From Carcharhinus longimanus (taxonomy: Eukaryota): DNA of 64,000 bases. The notes under the pieces are model-generated. The model was not told where the DNA came from. It did not search any database and saw only the letters and a list, made by a program, of their open reading frames with translations. The stretch is from assembly GCA_030264375.1 (NCBI GenBank), contig JASCQW010000112.1, positions 28,054,906 through 28,118,905 of the forward strand, in the 5' to 3' direction. Shown here in pieces: positions 1-64,000 of this stretch (positions are counted from its first letter, which is position 1; every line of letters starts with the position of its first letter). The translations under genes were made by a program, and so were the position numbers.

Positions 1-380
1 CTCCAATCCTCTGGTACCTCGCCTGTGGCTAAACAGGATACAAAGATTTTGGCCAAGGCCTCAGCAATTTCTTCCCTTGCCCCCCTCAGTATTCTGGGAT
101 CGATGTTATTCTGGGGACTTGTCCACCTTTAATGTTTTTCAAAATCTCCAATACCATCTCCCTTTTTGTTTCAACATGTCCAACAGCTTCCTTTCTACCA
201 TCAACCACATCCTCCTTCTTTGTGAATACTGATGCAAAATATTCATTAAGGACCTCACCTGGCTCCACACACATTCACTTCACTGTCCTCAAGTGGACGT
301 ATCCTTTCCTTAGCTACCCTCTTCCTCCTTACATAAACATAAAAAGTCTTAGGATTCTCTTTAATCGTGCCTGCCAACGT
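1..380 (-). mobile_element. CR1-type LINE ORF2 fragment
   Basis: Minus-strand peptide EVLNEYFASVFTKKE...LEILKNIK resembles the CR1 ORF2 region before the RT domain. Confidence 0.75.
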
Positions 381-899
381 GAAATTTAATCCTGCCTGCC
401 CCCTGCATGGTATAAACATATTTCCTGTTTATACAACAGCACATCCTCAGTTACTGAGCAGTGTTACAAGAGATTTGCTAGTAATTACTGAAGTACTGAG
501 AAGCGATGAAAATAAATCTCAATACCAATCTGAGTCATCACGTGGGCTAAATTAATTTCAAACTCCTAACGATTAATAGGTTGAATCTGGTAAGGCTGGG
601 TGTAAATAATTAAATACATTGTGGTGGGATGATAAATGAGTCCTTCATAGAATGCTGGATTTTGGTTTGAAGAATTAATATCAAAGATTTAAATTAATAT
701 ACTGTCATTTTGCTTTAATGGTGTGACTATTAATGGTTTTATCTTAGAAACTTTTATTATTTTAACTGCATCCTTCAGAGATTTGCATTCAGTGGAACTG
801 CTGGATGACACAAAACTTGAATCTAGAGAAGGAAGATGATTGTTGGGTTTTGTATTGTCAGTAATTATTTCTTCTAATAATGGCTTTCCCAAAATGTAG

Positions 900-1509
900 T
901 ATTTGGATCCATACGATGGAGACTTGGAAAGTTCAAGTGAATCGGATAGTAGTAGAGGTTTTCTGGCAGATGTTTACACCAAGGAGATAAATTATCAGTC
1001 CCATACCATTGGACCAATTGATGGAAAGAAGTTATCAATAAAATCATACAAACAATCATTCCAAGCAACATTTGAGCCTCTGTGTAATTATAAAGAATTA
1101 AACTCCACCCAAATGGAACCTGTAACCACTGATGTGCTTCTACAATCTTCCAGTGAATCAGAAGTATTTTCCAACAGAGTACATGATCTGACATTTCCCA
1201 CAAATGGACTTGTCTTAAGTACCAAACAGAAACAGCTTGGATCATTAGATTTGGGGATGTTGACTGACACACCTGCTAGAAACTTGAACATTGGAGAATG
1301 TGGACTTAACATGCTAGTTCTGCAAAACCCTGGTGGGAAGCATTACCCAAGACACCAGAATTCCCATCTGTGTTCAGGATGCATTTTAAAGGTCTCTCAT
1401 GAATGTATTGAAGGGAAATTTACACCGAAGAGAAAACTAGGAAACTCTTTGAATGATATAGGCAATGACCGGATAAGTAAAAAGAAAAGCAGCGTAATTA
1501 AAAACTGAG
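900..1509 (+). other. Candidate large exon of an unidentified gene or pseudogene converging on DYNC1H1
   Basis: About 200-codon Ser/acidic-rich ORF in non-repeat sequence, tag acceptor at 897-899 and strong donor GAG|GTAAG at 1509/1510; TGA at 1506-1508. Confidence 0.4.
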
Positions 1510-2669
1510 GTAAGCTTTTGTCTAGTGAATTTGCTTCTTTGAACTGTAGCATTACCCAAAATCTATATTAATTAACACTTTAAATTTGTGTGCTCAAACT
1601 TTTGCTAGGCAATGAAATTGTTCCTATTTCACGCATCGTGTTAAGGCTCCCAACACTACTAAAATACCTGTCTCTGTCCAAGCAACATATTTGATATGGA
1701 ATGTTATTTTCAAACTTTTTTGACATTTTGTGGGTGAGTAAATATATCATCAGTATTGCAAATGCCAATGAATTTTGGCAGGTTGGGAAAGCAGGAAGGT
1801 TGAATGCCTCCATCATTCTTTACAAGGCCAATTGATGTAGTGGCTACCTCAGTACAGAACAAGTCTCAAACTTGGAATCTTTTGTTCTATATGATTTAAT
1901 ATCAAACCCAACTAGTCATTTGTCTGTTAAGGCATTGTAAAGCTCTAAGCATTTGTGAAACACAAAACTTGATTTCCATGATGGAAAGCTGCTTCTTGAT
2001 ATGATCTTTAACAGTTGAGTCTTGTTGATTTTGAATATTTTTGGTGCAATTTAAAAAAAAGCTATGGATAGGTTTATTTCTTTTGCACTGAGTAGTTTCT
2101 GGCAAAATTGCTTATGGCACATCCTTAATTCCACTGGTATGATCTCCTTCTAGAGGGAGAAGGTTTTTACAAACTGCGTCAGTTCTAGTCCACTTCAATG
2201 GGTGTTAAGTCAACAAAAGTATGAGATTGAACTTGTATCAGAGACTGGCCCAGACAAAAGGTGGAAGATTCCCTTCCCTGAAGTGTATTAAATAAATGAC
2301 AGGCTAAAACTATTTTTCCCTCTACATGGAAGTCTTAACAGTATAAATAGCCTAATTTAAACTGTGCACCTAGAAATTGATATGCTGTGTAGCGGTTTCT
2401 TTTCTCCACTATTTTTAGGGTTCATTAGAAATTTATGATTAGAGAAGGCAGCAAACCTGGTAATTTTCTCTATTATACCATATTCTGCTATCACATATCC
2501 TTTCCACTTTTGAGGCAATGCTTTTGCTGAATAAGTTATTTAACAGCATGTCTGAAAATTGTACTTGCTGGGAAATATTTCAGAATAATTGCCTAGTGAC
2601 AAAGATAGGATATGCTACCTTGATTAGTAACAAGTAGAAAGAAGCCACAAATTAAAATCAATCTGGTTT

Positions 2670-3080
2670 GTTTTAATGTCACAAGTAACACTGCAATGAA
2701 GTCACTACACTCAGGTGCCTGTTCACTGACAGAATTTAGCACAGCCAGTACACCTCACCAGAGCATCTTTTGGACAGTGGGAGGAAACTGGAGCGCTGAG
2801 CATGGATAGGCTAAACAGCTTACGTATATACCATACAATCCTATATACAAACATATGACTCATTCCATTTACATGAGCCATTTGATGAACACACTTGCAG
2901 GAGTACCAACTCAGTATCTTACCCAAGTCCCCAAAACCCCACATTTCCATGGCTAATCCCCTTATCCTACACATCAGGGCAATTTTGCATAGCCAATCCA
3001 CTTAACCTGCACATCATTGGACTGTGAAAAGAAACCCAGCTCCCTGGCACTGAGGCAGCATTGCTAACCACTCTGCCACA
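2670..3080 (-). mobile_element. Decayed tRNA-derived SINE fragments (HE1-like)
   Basis: Reverse copies of motifs shared with other SINEs here (gccaatccacttaacctgcacatc..., ccctggcactgaggcagca...ctaaccac). Confidence 0.6.
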
Positions 3081-4072
3081 CCTATTCATGAATCAGATTG
3101 AAGGAAATTTGTAAACAATTGAAGATTTACTACAATCATTGAGTTTGCATAGACATTTGAAAGTAAAGCCATAGTTTTCTCTAGCCAGAGTTGATTTGCA
3201 GGCCTGGAAATGGCCTTATCTGGTCTAATCCCAATTGTTGCAAACACCTTTGAATTAGAAGTACTGCCCCTCTAAGATCAAAATGGTATTTGACTCAAAG
3301 CTATATGTAACATGGTTAACCAGGAGCCATTGTGCTGTTCTTCTGCAAGAGCAACTTGGCTACTCCCACACCTGTTTTTACAATTTTCTCTCCAGCTAAT
3401 TTTCCAATTTTTTTAAAAATCAAGATTAAACCTACTCCACCGCACACACTAAAGCTTTAACTTGTGCTATGTTTGATTCTTTTGTATTGAAAAGAAATAC
3501 ACTTCTGCCAGTGAGAAGTTTCTCCCTTTGCATTGACCTACTTATACAAAGGAAACATTCTCTATTCTCTAACCACAGCCTTTCAATCTTTTCATTTCTG
3601 GCATCATCTATGTAAATCTTTGTGCCTCTATCCACTGCATAGCAGCTGTATGAAATGGATAGCTTCACCTGTTGTCTCAAATTGAGATATTTTACTATTT
3701 CACACAGTTATAAAGCAGGAGTAATGAATGGCATTTTCCACCAACAGGATGCTTATCATCAAGTCAAAAAAAGTTCTACCAATGAGTGAATAATATGGTA
3801 TATGAATTTGTGCAATTAATGGATTCCAGGAACCCAAGTAGTTCACTTGCTTCCTTTGAAATTTGGCATTCTTCCTGGTGAGTGCAAGACAAAGCACTTG
3901 TCTCTTTTTGCAGACATATGGAAGTAGAATGTAGGAACTGGAGGCACAACTTCAAAGCAACTCTGACATGTGAATTTGAAGGTAATTCATTACTATACAT
4001 TCCACTAGTTAACAATTCAATTTTGAGTACCATTAACCATTATAGAAACAAACTTCAATCATGATGTATAAT

Positions 4073-4078
4073 TTTATT
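4073..4078 (-). terminator. Candidate polyadenylation signal of DYNC1H1
   Basis: AATAAA about 195 nt after the stop, followed on the minus strand by a GU/U-rich stretch (GAAGTTTGTTTC). Confidence 0.65.
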
Positions 4079-4271
4079 AACTGTAAAACTACTTGGAGAA
4101 CATCCTCAAAATGAATTACAAAATACATTTTCCAACTTGCTGAATCTCAATAGCTATCATACCATCACGTTTACAGAACCCTAATAAAATCACCATTACT
4201 TTGAAAAGGTTAATGCTGTTCAGATCTAATAGCGCATGCAATTAAGTATGTCATTTCAAAGCAATTTCCAT

Positions 4272-63918
<59,647 letters not shown>

Positions 63919-64000
63919 TCAAGTTGGTGTATGTAACAGGGCAATAATATTTTCCATTCACAGGCTAGCTCATTTTTTGCCTTTTGGAAAGGACATGTAC

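Noticed and set aside
3878-3913. Plus-strand GT...AG pair suggesting another exon from 3914
   Set aside because: The implied 36-nt intron is too short, and the joined frame contains a stop.

Overview
AT-rich vertebrate genomic DNA, most likely from a cartilaginous fish (inferred from HE1-type SINEs, CR1 LINEs and Penelope-derived repeats). Almost the whole window is the 3' part of cytoplasmic dynein 1 heavy chain (DYNC1H1) on the minus strand. I traced 61 exon positions with GT-AG sites and consistent phases, from the tail/linker (63849) through AAA1-AAA6, the stalk and MTBD to the stop codon (4272) and a polyA signal (4073-4078). The main finding is that the exon encoding most of the microtubule-binding domain is present as two intact tandem 196-nt copies (35444-35639 human-like; 34969-35164 divergent, 48/64 codons give identical residues). 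They have identical phases, so they look like mutually exclusive exons giving two MTBD isoforms. The 279-nt intron between them folds, on the transcribed strand only, into a long G-U-rich stem that could enforce the exclusivity. Also present: two AAA4 exons placed on the wrong strand next to a gap (probable misassembly), a palindromic Penelope-type insertion with a minimal hammerhead ribozyme motif, a possible convergent plus-strand gene fragment at the left end, many decayed LINE/SINE copies and seven N gaps. All comparisons to human DYNC1H1 and repeat families are from memory, not from database searches.
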